Below are positions 9,301-19,040 of a DNA stretch of 64,000 nt, piece by piece (the first letter of the stretch is position 1; every line of letters starts with the position of its first letter). This stretch comes from an uncultured Acidobacteriota bacterium (GTDB lineage: Bacteria > Acidobacteriota > Thermoanaerobaculia > Multivoradales > UBA5704), in the NCBI GenBank assembly GCA_963732005.1, contig CAVSXT010000003.1, forward strand, positions 330,130-394,129, given 5' to 3'. The notes under the pieces are model-generated. The model was given only the letters and a program-made list of their open reading frames with translations. It was not told the DNA's origin and made no database searches. The position numbers were made by a program, and so were the translations under genes.

Positions 9301-11093
9301 GAGATGCACTGCAGCGTGTTGTTGTAGCCGCCGACCTGGGTGGTGGTGAGGCCGAGCCCGACGACGAAGGTGCGGATGGGGTAGGCGGTGTTGGTGGCGC
9401 CGTAATTGACACTGCGCAGCGCCTCGGCGACGCAGCAGGCATAGCCCGGCGTCGGGTTGCTCGGCTTGCCGCTCCAGCTGTTGTAGGCCGGGCACTGGGT
9501 GACGTCCGCGTTCCAGTTGCCGTCGTCGCTGCTCGCCAGGCCGTCGGTCAGGAGCAGGACGTACGCCGGCTTACAGGAGAAGAACGGGTCGCCCGAGGCG
9601 CTCGAGGCCGTGCCGATCCAGCTGCTGGCGCCGACCGCCTTGAAGCCGTTGGGAGGCGCGGAGAGCGGCGAGGTGAGGCCGGTCATGAGATTGAAGAAGC
9701 TGTTCATCACGTTGCCGGTCGGCGTGCCGCCTTCCGGTGCGAGCGGCCGCTGCGCCGCGACCTTGAGGCGCAGGCCGGTCTCGCCGGCGAGCGGGTGGTC
9801 CGCCATGTAGTCCGAGATGCTGAAGTCCGCCAAGGTGTTGGCAGGGTTCAGCAGGTTGGGCGCCATGCGCTGGCTGATCGCCGTCTGCTGGTTGGTCTTC
9901 CAGTCCAGCGGGATGATGTCGCCGACGCTGAAGCTGTTGACGGGAGTGCGTGCGGAGGCGTCGGTGCAGGTCGCCTGCATCATGGTGCAGGTGTTGGTGG
10001 CGAAGAGCGAGCCGTTGCACACCGGCACCGGATCGGCGACGCAGGTGCCGCCCGTCAGCCAGGGGTCGTTGGTGGCGGTGTCGGTGTTCGGTTCCAGCTG
10101 ATGGTTCGAGTTCGAATAGTTGGCATTGATCTCGCGCGCCGCCTGGCCGCTGCCGGAGTAGAAGGCGCCGCCGTTGCCGTTGACGTCCGGCACGTTGGTG
10201 CCGTTGAGGTCCACCCCCGGGTCCCAGTACAGCGTCTGATTGACCAAAGTGAAGGACATCGTCTTGGTGCCCTTGGTGAGGATCGAGTTGCAGGCGCTGT
10301 TCAGGCACTTGTCGACCTTGACGCTGACCTGTAGCGTCGCGCAGCCCAGAATGGTGGCGCCGCACGAAGAGGTGGCAGGGTGGGTGAAGGTCACCTTGTA
10401 GACGGGCAGGCTGTTGTTGGATTTCTCGGTGATGAAGTAGGACCAGTCCGCGTTGTTGGTGTCGCCGAGCTTCGGGAAACGCCGCGCCCGCTCCAGCTCC
10501 CAGGAGTTGTCGAGGTGGGCCGGTTGCGTCGAGATGCAGCCGACGTTGTTGAAGGGGCTGGGGCCGCCGAGGGTGCAGCTCCAGGCCTGGTCCCCGAAGA
10601 GCTCCTGCTGGTTCGCGGGCGGATAGGGCGTGTTGTCGTCGAGCAGGATGAAGCCGTTCGGCTGCGTGCTGGCCACCGCGTACCACCAGTACTTCCAGGA
10701 CATCTTGATCTGGGTCTGGTCGAAGTGGCCAAAGCCGAAGTTGATGTTGGGATGCGACTGCATGATGTTGTAGATCGTCTGCTTGGCGACGAAGATCTTG
10801 GAGTCCGGGTCGTCGCCCATCATCCGCGGCAGGCAGTCGCCGGGGTCGCACTCCGCGGAACAGAAGCCGGCGGCCACGTCGGCGGCGCTGCAGGCGATCT
10901 CCTGGTGCATCGATCCCGAGGTGTCGAGGATGATGAACACGTAGGGGTTCTCCTGCGTGGCGTGCAGCAGGCTGCGGTCGTCGGCGCGCGCGGCCGGCGC
11001 GGCGACGCCGAGCGCCAGCGCCAGCGCCAGCGCTGCGGCCAGCGGCGCGAGCTGCAGGCCCGGGAGCGAACAGTGGCGGCGGTAAGGTTCCAT
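6378..11093 (-). CDS. pilY1: PilY1-like type IV pilus tip adhesin (N-terminal vWA domain plus C-terminal beta-propeller).
   Basis: Signal peptide. A vWA MIDAS motif is present (FIILDTSGSM). The length is 1571 aa. The C-terminal region has PilY1/PQQ-propeller-like blocks (LYMLNMATGKIIYKRQL, HLYKVDLSQP). It lies downstream of pilV-pilW-pilX. Confidence 0.75.
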   Translation of the reverse strand: MEPYRRHCSLPGLQLAPLAAALALALALGVAAPAARADDRSLLHATQENPYVFIILDTSGSMHQEIACSAADVAAGFCSAECDPGDCLPRMMGDDPDSKIFVAKQTIYNIMQSHPNINFGFGHFDQTQIKMSWKYWWYAVASTQPNGFILLDDNTPYPPANQQELFGDQAWSCTLGGPSPFNNVGCISTQPAHLDNSWELERARRFPKLGDTNNADWSYFITEKSNNSLPVYKVTFTHPATSSCGATILGCATLQVSVKVDKCLNSACNSILTKGTKTMSFTLVNQTLYWDPGVDLNGTNVPDVNGNGGAFYSGSGQAAREINANYSNSNHQLEPNTDTATNDPWLTGGTCVADPVPVCNGSLFATNTCTMMQATCTDASARTPVNSFSVGDIIPLDWKTNQQTAISQRMAPNLLNPANTLADFSISDYMADHPLAGETGLRLKVAAQRPLAPEGGTPTGNVMNSFFNLMTGLTSPLSAPPNGFKAVGASSWIGTASSASGDPFFSCKPAYVLLLTDGLASSDDGNWNADVTQCPAYNSWSGKPSNPTPGYACCVAEALRSVNYGATNTAYPIRTFVVGLGLTTTQVGGYNNTLQCISDEGGTGNRHFFNGIKNTVAGQPAGFPASDPPSFTYCCNHAAFLAGECSPEADCATPPANFCCSAADFGYGNCAPLNPCDGPGPFLPQSKQQILADLQSVLNLISSQATAFASAAVPSIQSNVQNKELITSFLPLNLPIWPGRVDAFSDPVPTQKINVVLPDGTPGTAVVPDTRPSADCTTPGQQGCHLWNAGGGQLVGGPSTGDTVLAQALKGLDTAGNDPTKRRIYYAPFTPVVPGELRLSLQVPLVTDTGHLYDLESGLGICGPGYSYYPPSSATCTENASGTGSTCTAPTVNYGNPCPSGQTATPAPPVTAYTTAQQAVNFAAAIKSYLDPTTNQPVQYVLGDIFHSNPQVLGQPANTTLFEGNVDGYQTFAATERFRRKVLYFGSDDGEVHALDVGTVTLGTVAGLSAWTFTNGTGNELFAFVPRTVMPTLAALGAAAAPPTNGGAQTFMVDGPPNLAEGFFDATGAASSCSQTPVPATCVWHSLVIGGLREGGHGYYALDVTQPDILQSNFETPNVTSTPAIQLPNPNAANYLPSCINGGAGCGQLPYPTPLWEFTDSIQVAPACVSNCALKPNDEDLSGQPDLGETWSLPNTGRVRICDTSACSTFHEQWVAVFGGGMDPGAANSQGNWLYMLNMATGKIIYKRQLNGSVPSEPAAVDTGQDGYIDTIYVGTTAGHLYKVDLSQPAPLSGANNRVTSTFWQPFEIFDTQGRQMFYPPAVFFDTDRNQYGLAWGTGNRFDLWKSDLTTGRFFVLIDTGFTAANTPTPHTAANLQQLTPDGTLNPNSNFLLSPPGGLLPGYYFELGAGERVLNEAFTLTGVMIFSTYVPKPLTSVTNGTTVCANSGDTHVFVLNINNGDAISQQTGSEGTGTPTGTTNRYFVLAKDLGLNVNTSESTPIIATKANPNPPAEGALSAAIQDVMKQIMALMPANCRYSTKRINITVTDTFNSTYPAAAVPACIIEKNWKEF

Positions 11094-11153
11094 AGAGTCT
11101 CCGTGCCCTTTTCTCGGGATCGACCGGGATCAGCTGGCGAGCAAGCCCCGGGA

Positions 11154-11747
11154 TCAGTACTTCAAGCCCGTCGGCGGGTGGTAGACGATGGCATTGGACT
11201 GCGGCGACGGCTGGATGCCGATCATCGACGCGACGACCTGTTGCGCCAAGGTCTGGGAGAAGGCGCTCGGGATGGTGTTCAGCCCGAGCCGCGTGGTGGT
11301 TACGTTGACGACGGAGGTGGTGTAGGCGTACTGGATCTGCTGGTTCTGGTTGATCTGGCAGAACTCGCAAGGTTGGGTGTGGATGGCATACAGCGGCGTC
11401 ACCACGATCTGATCCTCGAAGGTCAGCGGCGGTGCCGCGGCCGCATTGGTGTCCTGCTGGGTGGTGTTGAGCAGGATGGTCAGCGTTTGCGTGGTGTTGG
11501 CGGTCCACAGGGTGCGTGCGGTCGATACCTGGATACCCGAGTCGGAAGCGTAGAAGGTGCGGTTGGCCTCCCGCTCGTTGGCGCCGATCCGCATCTCGGT
11601 CTGGGTCATCAGCGTCAGCGCCAGGCCGGCGATGGTCAGCACCAGCAGCACCAGCAGCGCCACCACGAAGGCGGTGCCGCGCTCGCCGCGGCGGCGACTG
11701 CGGCGCGCCCCGGTACCCGCAGGGACGGTGGCTGGATGATCGATCAT
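11154..11747 (-). CDS. pilX: PilX-like minor pilin / pilus assembly protein (PilX_N domain).
   Basis: GERGTAFVVALLVLLVLTIAGLALTLMTQTEMRIGANEREANRTFYASDSGIQ matches the PilX N-terminal hydrophobic segment. A GAGGA RBS precedes the ATG (MIDHPATV...). Its position is between pilW and pilY1. Confidence 0.7.
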   Translation of the reverse strand: MIDHPATVPAGTGARRSRRRGERGTAFVVALLVLLVLTIAGLALTLMTQTEMRIGANEREANRTFYASDSGIQVSTARTLWTANTTQTLTILLNTTQQDTNAAAAPPLTFEDQIVVTPLYAIHTQPCEFCQINQNQQIQYAYTTSVVNVTTTRLGLNTIPSAFSQTLAQQVVASMIGIQPSPQSNAIVYHPPTGLKY

Positions 11748-11757
11748 GGGCAGGTCC

Positions 11758-13125
11758 TCACAGGTTGCGCAGCCCCACCACCGTCTGCAACAGGCGATGG
11801 CGATAGGTCCGGCCGCGGAAAGTGTTGGCAAAGTCCGAAGCCGTGTAGGCGTGGTCCTCGATGTTGGTGATCTTGGGTCCCTGATAGTTGGGATCGAAGT
11901 TGCCGGTCTTGGCCAACGTGGAGATGCGTACCTCGCGCAGCGGCCAGGAGATCAGCGGCGGTGGCAGCGGCGGGAAGGGCGTGTCGCCGGCAAAGTTGTA
12001 GATCCACTCGTCGGTGGTGCTCGGAGTCTGGTTGGGAGGGCTGCCCAGGCCGGTGCCTTCGGTGATCAGGCCGTCGGCGTTCTTGTCGACGCCGAGGGCG
12101 ACCTGAAGATCGAGCACGTTGTCGGCGACGTCGACCTGAAGATTGGTGGGATCGCCGTAGTAGGGCAACTCGGTGCCCGGGTACATCCGGGCGCGCGACA
12201 GATGCGGCATGGGATCGTTGAACGGACCGGTGTTGTCCTGGCGGCAATAGTAGCGGTACTCCTCCAGGATGCCGAGCCAGGCGATGGAGGTCATCCTGGT
12301 CGGCAGCCCGTTGGCGCTGCTGACCGCCCCGAGCTGCTGGAAGGCGTTGGCGTTGGCGTCGCCGGTGACGTTGAAGGCGATCAGGATGCCGTTCGGAATT
12401 GCCACCCCGGCCGGGCTCGGACACTGCGGCTGGTTCGCGAGCAGGTTCGAATTGGCGGGGTTGAGCTCGACCACGGCGTAGATGCTTTCGTTGATCGGGC
12501 TGACCACGATGAGCGGCTCGACCTGGGACGCCGCGGCCGCGGCGTTCACCGCGTTGATCAGCTGCGTCAGGTCCTGAGCGATGCCGGTGGGGGTGGTGGC
12601 GCAGACCACCAACGTGCCGCCGGTGGCGGTCGCCGGCGTGGCGCCATTGGGGGTGAGGACCAGCGACGGGGCGGCGGGATTGAGCTGGAAGATCGGGGTG
12701 CTGAACACTCCGCGCAGCGTCAGGATATCGGAGCCGTCCTGCGCCTTCGGCGAACCGGAGAAGCCGATGGCGATCTGATCGGAAACCGCCCCGCCGACGT
12801 TGTTGCGCACCGCGACCGCGCCGTAGGCCTCGTTCGCCGTGCCTGCCTGCAGCACCGCCGGAAAGCCGCCGCGCCCAGCTTCGCGGGCCAGGCGCACGAT
12901 CTCGTACTGGGCGACACGCAGCGACTGCTGCATCTCGCTGACCTGGGCCTGCACCCGGGCCAGCTTGTTGTGGAAGTCGAACAGGGCGAGGGCGGCCAGG
13001 ATCACCTCGACGGAGATCAGGGTCGCCGCCACCACCTCGATCAGGCTGAAGCCGCGCTCGCGACGGCGGCGGCCACACGCCGTCGGCCCGGTGGTCGGAT
13101 GGGCAGCCGTGTTCATCGCCGGCAT
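11758..13125 (-). CDS. pilW: PilW-like type IV pilus minor pilin (prepilin-type N-terminal cleavage/methylation domain).
   Basis: Class III signal with RG|FSLIEVVAATLISV, a length of about 455 aa, and its operon position. Confidence 0.7.
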   Translation of the reverse strand: MPAMNTAAHPTTGPTACGRRRRERGFSLIEVVAATLISVEVILAALALFDFHNKLARVQAQVSEMQQSLRVAQYEIVRLAREAGRGGFPAVLQAGTANEAYGAVAVRNNVGGAVSDQIAIGFSGSPKAQDGSDILTLRGVFSTPIFQLNPAAPSLVLTPNGATPATATGGTLVVCATTPTGIAQDLTQLINAVNAAAAASQVEPLIVVSPINESIYAVVELNPANSNLLANQPQCPSPAGVAIPNGILIAFNVTGDANANAFQQLGAVSSANGLPTRMTSIAWLGILEEYRYYCRQDNTGPFNDPMPHLSRARMYPGTELPYYGDPTNLQVDVADNVLDLQVALGVDKNADGLITEGTGLGSPPNQTPSTTDEWIYNFAGDTPFPPLPPPLISWPLREVRISTLAKTGNFDPNYQGPKITNIEDHAYTASDFANTFRGRTYRHRLLQTVVGLRNL

Positions 13126-13129
13126 CTCC

Positions 13130-13654
13130 TCAGAAAGCCTTCAGGAAGCGGATGATCGTCGTCCGATGAGCGCCTGACGGGCCGACCGGCGAGACGCTCT
13201 TGACCTGCACCTGTTGCTGGAGGATCTGCACCTCGTCGACCGGCGAGCCGGCGGCGAGCGGAAAGTCGAACATCTGATCGTCGTCGGTATCGTAGATGTT
13301 GTACTGGGTGATGGTCTCGAGGCGCGTCCAGACGCTCAAGGGATTGGCGGGCCTGGTGGTGGTCCATTGCAAGGTCACCGGATCCAGGAACTCGGTGTTG
13401 AGCAGCTGGCTTCCGGACTGCAGCTGGATCGTTTGCTGGGTGAACGGCATGCGGGCGAAGTCCTCTTCCTTCGACTTCGCGTAGTTGGTCACGCGGGTGT
13501 AGTCGGCGCCCGCCATGTTGTCGGTCATCGCCCGGGTGAACAGTGGGATGACGCCGATGGCGGCAACCCCGATCAACGCCGCGGCGATCAGCGCTTCGAC
13601 CAGCGAGAAGCCGTTCTGGCCTCTGGACGCGGGGCCGGTTCTGCAGGATCTCAT
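13130..13654 (-). CDS. pilV: PilV-like (or FimT/FimU-like) type IV minor pilin.
   Basis: Prepilin leader ending QNG|FSLVEALIAAALIG; 174 aa; located upstream of pilW. Confidence 0.65.
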   Translation of the reverse strand: MRSCRTGPASRGQNGFSLVEALIAAALIGVAAIGVIPLFTRAMTDNMAGADYTRVTNYAKSKEEDFARMPFTQQTIQLQSGSQLLNTEFLDPVTLQWTTTRPANPLSVWTRLETITQYNIYDTDDDQMFDFPLAAGSPVDEVQILQQQVQVKSVSPVGPSGAHRTTIIRFLKAF

Positions 13655-13795
13655 CCGCGATAGCTCCCCTTGGGTTGTGGCCGTGGCGGGCTCGGAAGGG
13701 ACGCCCCGCGGCGCCAGAGACAGTGCAATACCTCAATAGCAATGCCGGTGCCAGCCGCGGCAGCCTTCGGCCTTGCAGCCTCAAACTTCGACCGG

Positions 13796-15748
13796 TCAGT
13801 GGTTTGGCTCGTCGGTATCGAGTTCCGCCGGCAGGGCTCTGTCGGTCGTTGCGCTACCTTCGGTAACAAAAGTGTCGCGGGAGAAGAGCAGGCGCGCGAG
13901 GGTGCCGCCGCCCTGGCGGTCCTCCAGGCGAATGCGGCCGCCGTGGAGGGTGACGATGCGATGGGCGAGCGCCAGGCCCAGGCCGACGCCGCCGGCGCGC
14001 CCGGTGGCGAAGGGGTGAAAGAGGCGCTCGCGCAGCTCGGCCGGAACGCCCTGGCCGCGGTCGGCGACGGTCAACTCGACGCCTGCCGGCAGGTCGTCCA
14101 CCGTCACTTCCACCGGTCCCGTGCGGCCGGCCTCGCGCTCGGCCTGGGCGGCGTTGTGCAGCACGTTGCGTAGCGCCCGCTCGATGAGCTGGGGATCGCC
14201 GCGCAGGCCCACGTCCCCGCGGCCGGGAGCGCGCACCTCGACGGCGATGCCGGCGAGCGCCGGATCGGCCGCCGCGCGGCGGGCCAGGGCCGTCATCGAG
14301 AACAGCTGCGGGCGGGCGGTGCCCGGCCGGGCAAAGGCCAGGAAATCCTCGAGCACCCGCTGCAAATGGTCGGACTCGTGGCGGATCTCGGCCAGGAAGT
14401 CGGCGATCGATTCCTCGTCCGGACGGCGCTCGATCAGCGTCAGGTAGCCGCGCAGCGTGGCCAGGCTGTTGCGCAGCTCGTGGGCGACGCCGGCCGCCAT
14501 CTCGCCCACCGTATCCAGGCGGTCGGCGAGGCGGCTGTCCTCGGCCCGCCGGCGCGCCTCGGTCAGGTCGGCGAACAGCACCAGGAAGCCGCGCGCGGCG
14601 CCGTCGTCGCGGCGCAGCGGATGGACGCTCAGGCCCAGTGTCGCCGCCTCGCCGCCGGCGCGGCGCAGGGTGCACTCGCGGCGCTGGACGGGTTTACCCA
14701 AAGCGGTCGCCGCCTCGAGCAGCGCCAGCAGCTCGGGGTGCGGCGCCAGCAGCTCGCCGAGCCGCGGCGGCGACTCGCCGGCGGCGGGCGGCACCACGTC
14801 CAGGAGGCTGGCGCCCAGGGCGTTGAGCGACAGCACGCTGCCGTCGCGGCCGAGCAGCAGCAGGCCGCTCTCGAGGCTGGCGGCGAGCGTCCGCTCGAGG
14901 GCCGCCAGGTCGTCGTCGGCGCGGCGTCCCTCCGGAGCCCCGGCCGCCGGCTCGCGCTGGCGCTCGCCGAGCGCCTCGAGGGCGCGCCCAAGAGTGGCGA
15001 TCAGGAACTCGGCCTCGTCCTCGCCCGCCGCGGCCGGCGCGCCGAGCTGGCGGGCGCGGGCGAGCAGCGTCTCGTACGGCGTCAGCAGGCGGCGCAAGGA
15101 GAGCAGGACCAGCAGCACCAGGGCGCTGTTGACCGGCAGCACCAGCCAGCACAGCAGGCGGACCGCGCGCAGCTGGGCGCCGAGGGTGGCGGCGTCGAGA
15201 TCGACCCGGACGTAGAGGGCGGAGCCCCCCGGCGCGCCGGCGGCCGGCGCCGCCGCCAGCGGCACGACGGCGGCGACCTCGTCCGGCAGGTCGGCGTCGG
15301 GCCCGGCGGCGAAGGGCGCGGCGGCGAACGCTCTGGCGGCGGTGTGCAGCGGCGGCAGCTCGCCGCCGGCGCTCGCCAGCGGCGCGCCGGCGGCGTCGAG
15401 CAGGGCGGCGCCGCGGGCGCCCGGCGCCAGCAGGCGGAGCCGGTCGCCGGATGGCGCGCGCGTGCCTCCCGCCTCGCCGGCCACCAGCAAGCGGACGGCG
15501 ACGGCGCGCGCCAGCCGCTCCGCCTCCTGCTGGCGCTCGTCCCGCAGGCCCAACAGGGCGCCGCGGTAGGAGAACAGGGTGAAGGTCGAGACCACCACCA
15601 GCAGCAGCAGCGCCGCCGGCAGCAGGAACAGCACCTCGTCGCGCAGCCCGAGGCGCGATCGTCTCCCGGGATCGTCGTGCCCGTCGATTCCCGGGTTCGC
15701 CGGGTTCGCCGGGCTCGGTGGTCTCGGCGCGCTCGGCGGCGCGCTCAT
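13796..15748 (-). CDS. Membrane sensor histidine kinase (PAS-like region, HisKA, HATPase_c). It is embedded in the pilus operon and is possibly PilS-like.
   Basis: One N-terminal TM helix. An H-box is present (HELRNSLATLRGY). The C-terminus has G-box/HATPase motifs (DRGQGVPAELRERLFHPF...GVGLGLALAHRIV). The start codon ATG overlaps the pilD stop (ATGA). Confidence 0.8.
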   Translation of the reverse strand: MSAPPSAPRPPSPANPANPGIDGHDDPGRRSRLGLRDEVLFLLPAALLLLVVVSTFTLFSYRGALLGLRDERQQEAERLARAVAVRLLVAGEAGGTRAPSGDRLRLLAPGARGAALLDAAGAPLASAGGELPPLHTAARAFAAAPFAAGPDADLPDEVAAVVPLAAAPAAGAPGGSALYVRVDLDAATLGAQLRAVRLLCWLVLPVNSALVLLVLLSLRRLLTPYETLLARARQLGAPAAAGEDEAEFLIATLGRALEALGERQREPAAGAPEGRRADDDLAALERTLAASLESGLLLLGRDGSVLSLNALGASLLDVVPPAAGESPPRLGELLAPHPELLALLEAATALGKPVQRRECTLRRAGGEAATLGLSVHPLRRDDGAARGFLVLFADLTEARRRAEDSRLADRLDTVGEMAAGVAHELRNSLATLRGYLTLIERRPDEESIADFLAEIRHESDHLQRVLEDFLAFARPGTARPQLFSMTALARRAAADPALAGIAVEVRAPGRGDVGLRGDPQLIERALRNVLHNAAQAEREAGRTGPVEVTVDDLPAGVELTVADRGQGVPAELRERLFHPFATGRAGGVGLGLALAHRIVTLHGGRIRLEDRQGGGTLARLLFSRDTFVTEGSATTDRALPAELDTDEPNH

Positions 15749-16518
15749 AGCAGGCCGGCGTACCAGGCGGCGAGCTCGCGGCCGGCGAACAGCGCGGTGA
15801 GCCCTCCCAGTGCCAGGAAGCTGCCGAACGGCAGCTTCGTCCTCATGCCGGCGCCGCCGCGCCAGATCAGCGCCAGGCCGGTCAGGGCGCCGGCGAAGGA
15901 GCCGAAGAACAGCGCCACCAGGGTGCCCCGCCAGCCCAGGAAGGCGCCGATCAGCGCCAGCATCTTGACGTCGCCGAGCCCCATGCCCTCCTCGTGCCGC
16001 AGCAGGTACCACGCTCCCCAGATCGCCAGCAGGATCGCGGCGCCCAGCAGCGCCCCGAGCACCGCCTGCCACAGACCCCCCCAGGGCAGCCAGGGTTGCA
16101 GGGCGAGGCCGGCGGCGATGCCGGGCAACGTCAACCGGTCGGGCAGCAGCAGATGCTCGAGGTCGATCAGGCCGAGGGCGATCATCAGGCAGCAGAAGAG
16201 CGCCGCCGCCGGCGCCGCCAGCGGCAGGCCGAAACGTTCGAGGCAGCCGACGAACAGCAGCGCCGTGAACGCTTCGACCAGCGGATAGCGCCAGGAGATG
16301 GGTGCCTTGCAGGCGCGGCAGCGGCCGCCGAGCAGCGCGAACGACAGCAGCGGCAGGTTGTCGTGGGCCGCGATCGGGGCGCCGCACGCCGGGCAGGCGG
16401 AGCGCGGCAGCACGGTCGAGAGGCCGCGCGGCAGGCGGTGGACGACGACGTTGAGGTAGCTGCCGGCGATCAGGCCGAGCAGCGCCGCATAGGCGTCGAG
16501 CAAGAGACGAGGGAGCAC
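15745..16518 (-). CDS. pilD: Prepilin peptidase (A24 family) PilD.
   Basis: Zinc-binding CPACGAP...CRAC tetracysteine. Catalytic-region motif GMGLGDVKMLALIGAFLGW. A polytopic membrane protein of 257 aa. Confidence 0.9.
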   Translation of the reverse strand: MLPRLLLDAYAALLGLIAGSYLNVVVHRLPRGLSTVLPRSACPACGAPIAAHDNLPLLSFALLGGRCRACKAPISWRYPLVEAFTALLFVGCLERFGLPLAAPAAALFCCLMIALGLIDLEHLLLPDRLTLPGIAAGLALQPWLPWGGLWQAVLGALLGAAILLAIWGAWYLLRHEEGMGLGDVKMLALIGAFLGWRGTLVALFFGSFAGALTGLALIWRGGAGMRTKLPFGSFLALGGLTALFAGRELAAWYAGLL

Positions 16519-16613
16519 GATCGCCGGATTCTACGCGAGCCGCCCCGGCGACCGCCGGCCCAGGTAGTGCTCAGAGCACTACCCCGGCCCGCCGGCCGGC
16601 GCCGCGGTAGTGC

Positions 16614-19040
16614 TCAGGCCTGCGAGGCCTCCGGCCGCCGCCAGGACCGCCAGACGGGCGCGAACCACCACGCTGCCGCGGCAAGCAGGCTGGCGAGGCT
16701 CACAGCCGCCCCCCACGGCAGCAGCCGGTCGCCGTAGCGCAGCGCCAGCCGGTGCTCCCCGGGCGGCAGCGCCACGCCCAGCTGGCCGGCCGCGGTCGGA
16801 TAGACCGGCAGCGGCGCGCCGTCCACCGCCGCCTGCCAGCCGTCGTCGAAGGTGGTGGCGACGACGAAGAAGCCTCCCGCCGCGGCCTGGTAGCGGAGCT
16901 CGATGCGCCCGGCGGCATCGTGGAAGGCGAGCAGCCGCGGCGGCGCCGGGTACCGGACCGTCTCCGGCGGTGAGGCGGCGCGCACGCAATGCTCCTGGCG
17001 CGCGACGGCGAAACCCTGGCTGCGGGCCACGTAGAGCGCCGAGCCGTAGCTGGGATGGAAGCTGACCTGCGGCACGAAGCGGTAGACGGGGAGGCGGAAG
17101 GGATTCCACACCGCGCGGCGCGGTATCGGAGCCGGGGGCGCCGGGGGCGCCGGGAAGGCAGGCGGCTGGCGGACCGGGACGTCCTCGGGCAGGCCCGCGG
17201 CGGTCGACTCGCGCAGCAGCATGCCGCCCACGCCCCAGGCGCCCAGCAGGCGCAGCCCCATCTCGGGTTGCTGGCGCAAATCGGCGTGGAGCACGCGCAA
17301 GGTGGCCGAGCCCCAGTGCGTGAGCATCCGGTCGAAGTCCTCATCCAGGGCGTAGGGCACCTGCCAAAGCGCGGCCGAGTAGGGCAGCAGGCGGTCCAGC
17401 AGCGCCCGTGCCAGCGCCAGGTCGGCGTCGCCCCTGGCGAGCGGCAGCTGGCGTTCCTCCGGCACCGCCTGCACGAACAGCCTGACGCCCACCGGCGCCA
17501 GCCGCCGCAGCAACGGCGGCGCCTCACGGTACTCGGCCGCCGGCACGGTGCGCACCAGGCCGCCGCAGTAGTGCCAGAGATCGCCGGCCAGCAGCGCCAA
17601 GGCGAGCGCCGACAGCAGCCCGGCGCGCGGGCGGCGCCAGCGGCACAGCGCCAGCAGCGCCGCGGCCGCCGCCGCCGTGGCGACCGCCGCCCACGCCTCG
17701 CGGCGCAGGAATGCCAGGCCGCGGGCGAGCGTCCGCGGGGTGACCGGCAGCGGCGCATGATCGGCAAGGAAGGCCCCGACGGCGCCGGGCGCCAGATACG
17801 ACACGCCGGCCAGCAACCCGGCGGTGGCGAGTATCACCAGGGCGAGCGCCAGCGGCAGATCGGCGGCCCGCTCACGGCCGGCGCGGCGCTCGTCGAGCAG
17901 GCGCTGCCAGCCGAGCGCGGCCGCGAAAGCCAGCGGCGCGACGGCGAGCAGGACGAAGCGCTCGGGATAGCGCATCGCCGCGAGCGGCGGCAGCAGCCGG
18001 CGCAGCGGCTCGTAGAGCGGGTTGTGGCGGCCGAGGGCGAGGAAGCCGCCGGCCGCCAGGCACAGCGCCCAGGCGCCGCGCCGCGGGATCGGCCAGGCGC
18101 AGACCGCCGCGGCGCCGAGCAGGGTCACCAGCAGCCCAGGATAGATCGACACCACGTAGGGAAAGTCGCGGTCGTGCAGACCGCGGCCGAAGAACAGGCC
18201 CTCGCCCTGGCGCGCCGGGTCGCCGAAGACCCGCGGGAAGACGGTCTCGACCAGGCGCGCGGGCGGCGACGACCAGAGGGTCGCCTCCGCGGCCGGCAGG
18301 CCGCCGGAGCGGACGGTGCCGGCCAGCCGGCCGGCGGTCGGCACCAGCTGCACCGCGGCCAGCGCCGCCGCGGCAACGACCGGCACCAGCACCCGCCAGG
18401 CGGCCGCCGGCCGGCTCGGCAGGGCGGCGGCGGCGAGCGCCAGCAGCCCGAGGCCGCTCACCAACACGGTCGACGGCTCGCCGTTGAGCAGCTGCATGGC
18501 GAGCCCCAGGCCGGCGAGGATCGCCGGCCGTATCCAACCACGGCCGGCAGGCCGGCGCAGGGCGTCGTCGCCGAAGGCCAGCACCCACGGAAACCAGGCC
18601 ATGCTGCAGAACAGCGTGTAGGCGTTGAGCAGCGACAGCAGCGCGCCGCTGCCGGTGTAGCCGACCGCCGCCAGGGCGGCGGCGCCGCGACCGGCGCCCA
18701 GCCGGCGGGCGAGGTACCAGGCGCCGCAAAAGGCGATGGCGGCGTGGAGCATCGCCAGCACGCTCAGCGCGTAGGCCGGCGGCAGCGGCAGCACCAGCCA
18801 GGTCGGCGGGTAGAACGCCGCGTAGCTGGGATTGGAGAGGATGGGCTGGCCGCCGTTGAGCCAGGGGTTCCAGAGCGGCGGCACGCCCGCCGCGACCAGG
18901 TTGCGGAAGCAGACCCGCAACGGCAGGTGGAAGAGCAGGACGTCGCGGCTGGCCAGCGCGCGGCTGGGCGGCAGCAGCCGGCCGAACAGCACCGCCAGCC
19001 AGGCGCTGCCGAGCACGGCGGGCGGAAGCGGCCGCCTCAC
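16614..19040 (-). CDS. YfhO-family polytopic membrane protein (GT-C fold glycosyltransferase family).
   Basis: The N-terminal motif PLWNPWLNGGQPILSNPSYAAFYPPTWL resembles the conserved YfhO start. The protein is 808 aa with many TM segments and a C-terminal extracytoplasmic domain. Confidence 0.55.
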   Translation of the reverse strand: MRRPLPPAVLGSAWLAVLFGRLLPPSRALASRDVLLFHLPLRVCFRNLVAAGVPPLWNPWLNGGQPILSNPSYAAFYPPTWLVLPLPPAYALSVLAMLHAAIAFCGAWYLARRLGAGRGAAALAAVGYTGSGALLSLLNAYTLFCSMAWFPWVLAFGDDALRRPAGRGWIRPAILAGLGLAMQLLNGEPSTVLVSGLGLLALAAAALPSRPAAAWRVLVPVVAAAALAAVQLVPTAGRLAGTVRSGGLPAAEATLWSSPPARLVETVFPRVFGDPARQGEGLFFGRGLHDRDFPYVVSIYPGLLVTLLGAAAVCAWPIPRRGAWALCLAAGGFLALGRHNPLYEPLRRLLPPLAAMRYPERFVLLAVAPLAFAAALGWQRLLDERRAGRERAADLPLALALVILATAGLLAGVSYLAPGAVGAFLADHAPLPVTPRTLARGLAFLRREAWAAVATAAAAAALLALCRWRRPRAGLLSALALALLAGDLWHYCGGLVRTVPAAEYREAPPLLRRLAPVGVRLFVQAVPEERQLPLARGDADLALARALLDRLLPYSAALWQVPYALDEDFDRMLTHWGSATLRVLHADLRQQPEMGLRLLGAWGVGGMLLRESTAAGLPEDVPVRQPPAFPAPPAPPAPIPRRAVWNPFRLPVYRFVPQVSFHPSYGSALYVARSQGFAVARQEHCVRAASPPETVRYPAPPRLLAFHDAAGRIELRYQAAAGGFFVVATTFDDGWQAAVDGAPLPVYPTAAGQLGVALPPGEHRLALRYGDRLLPWGAAVSLASLLAAAAWWFAPVWRSWRRPEASQA

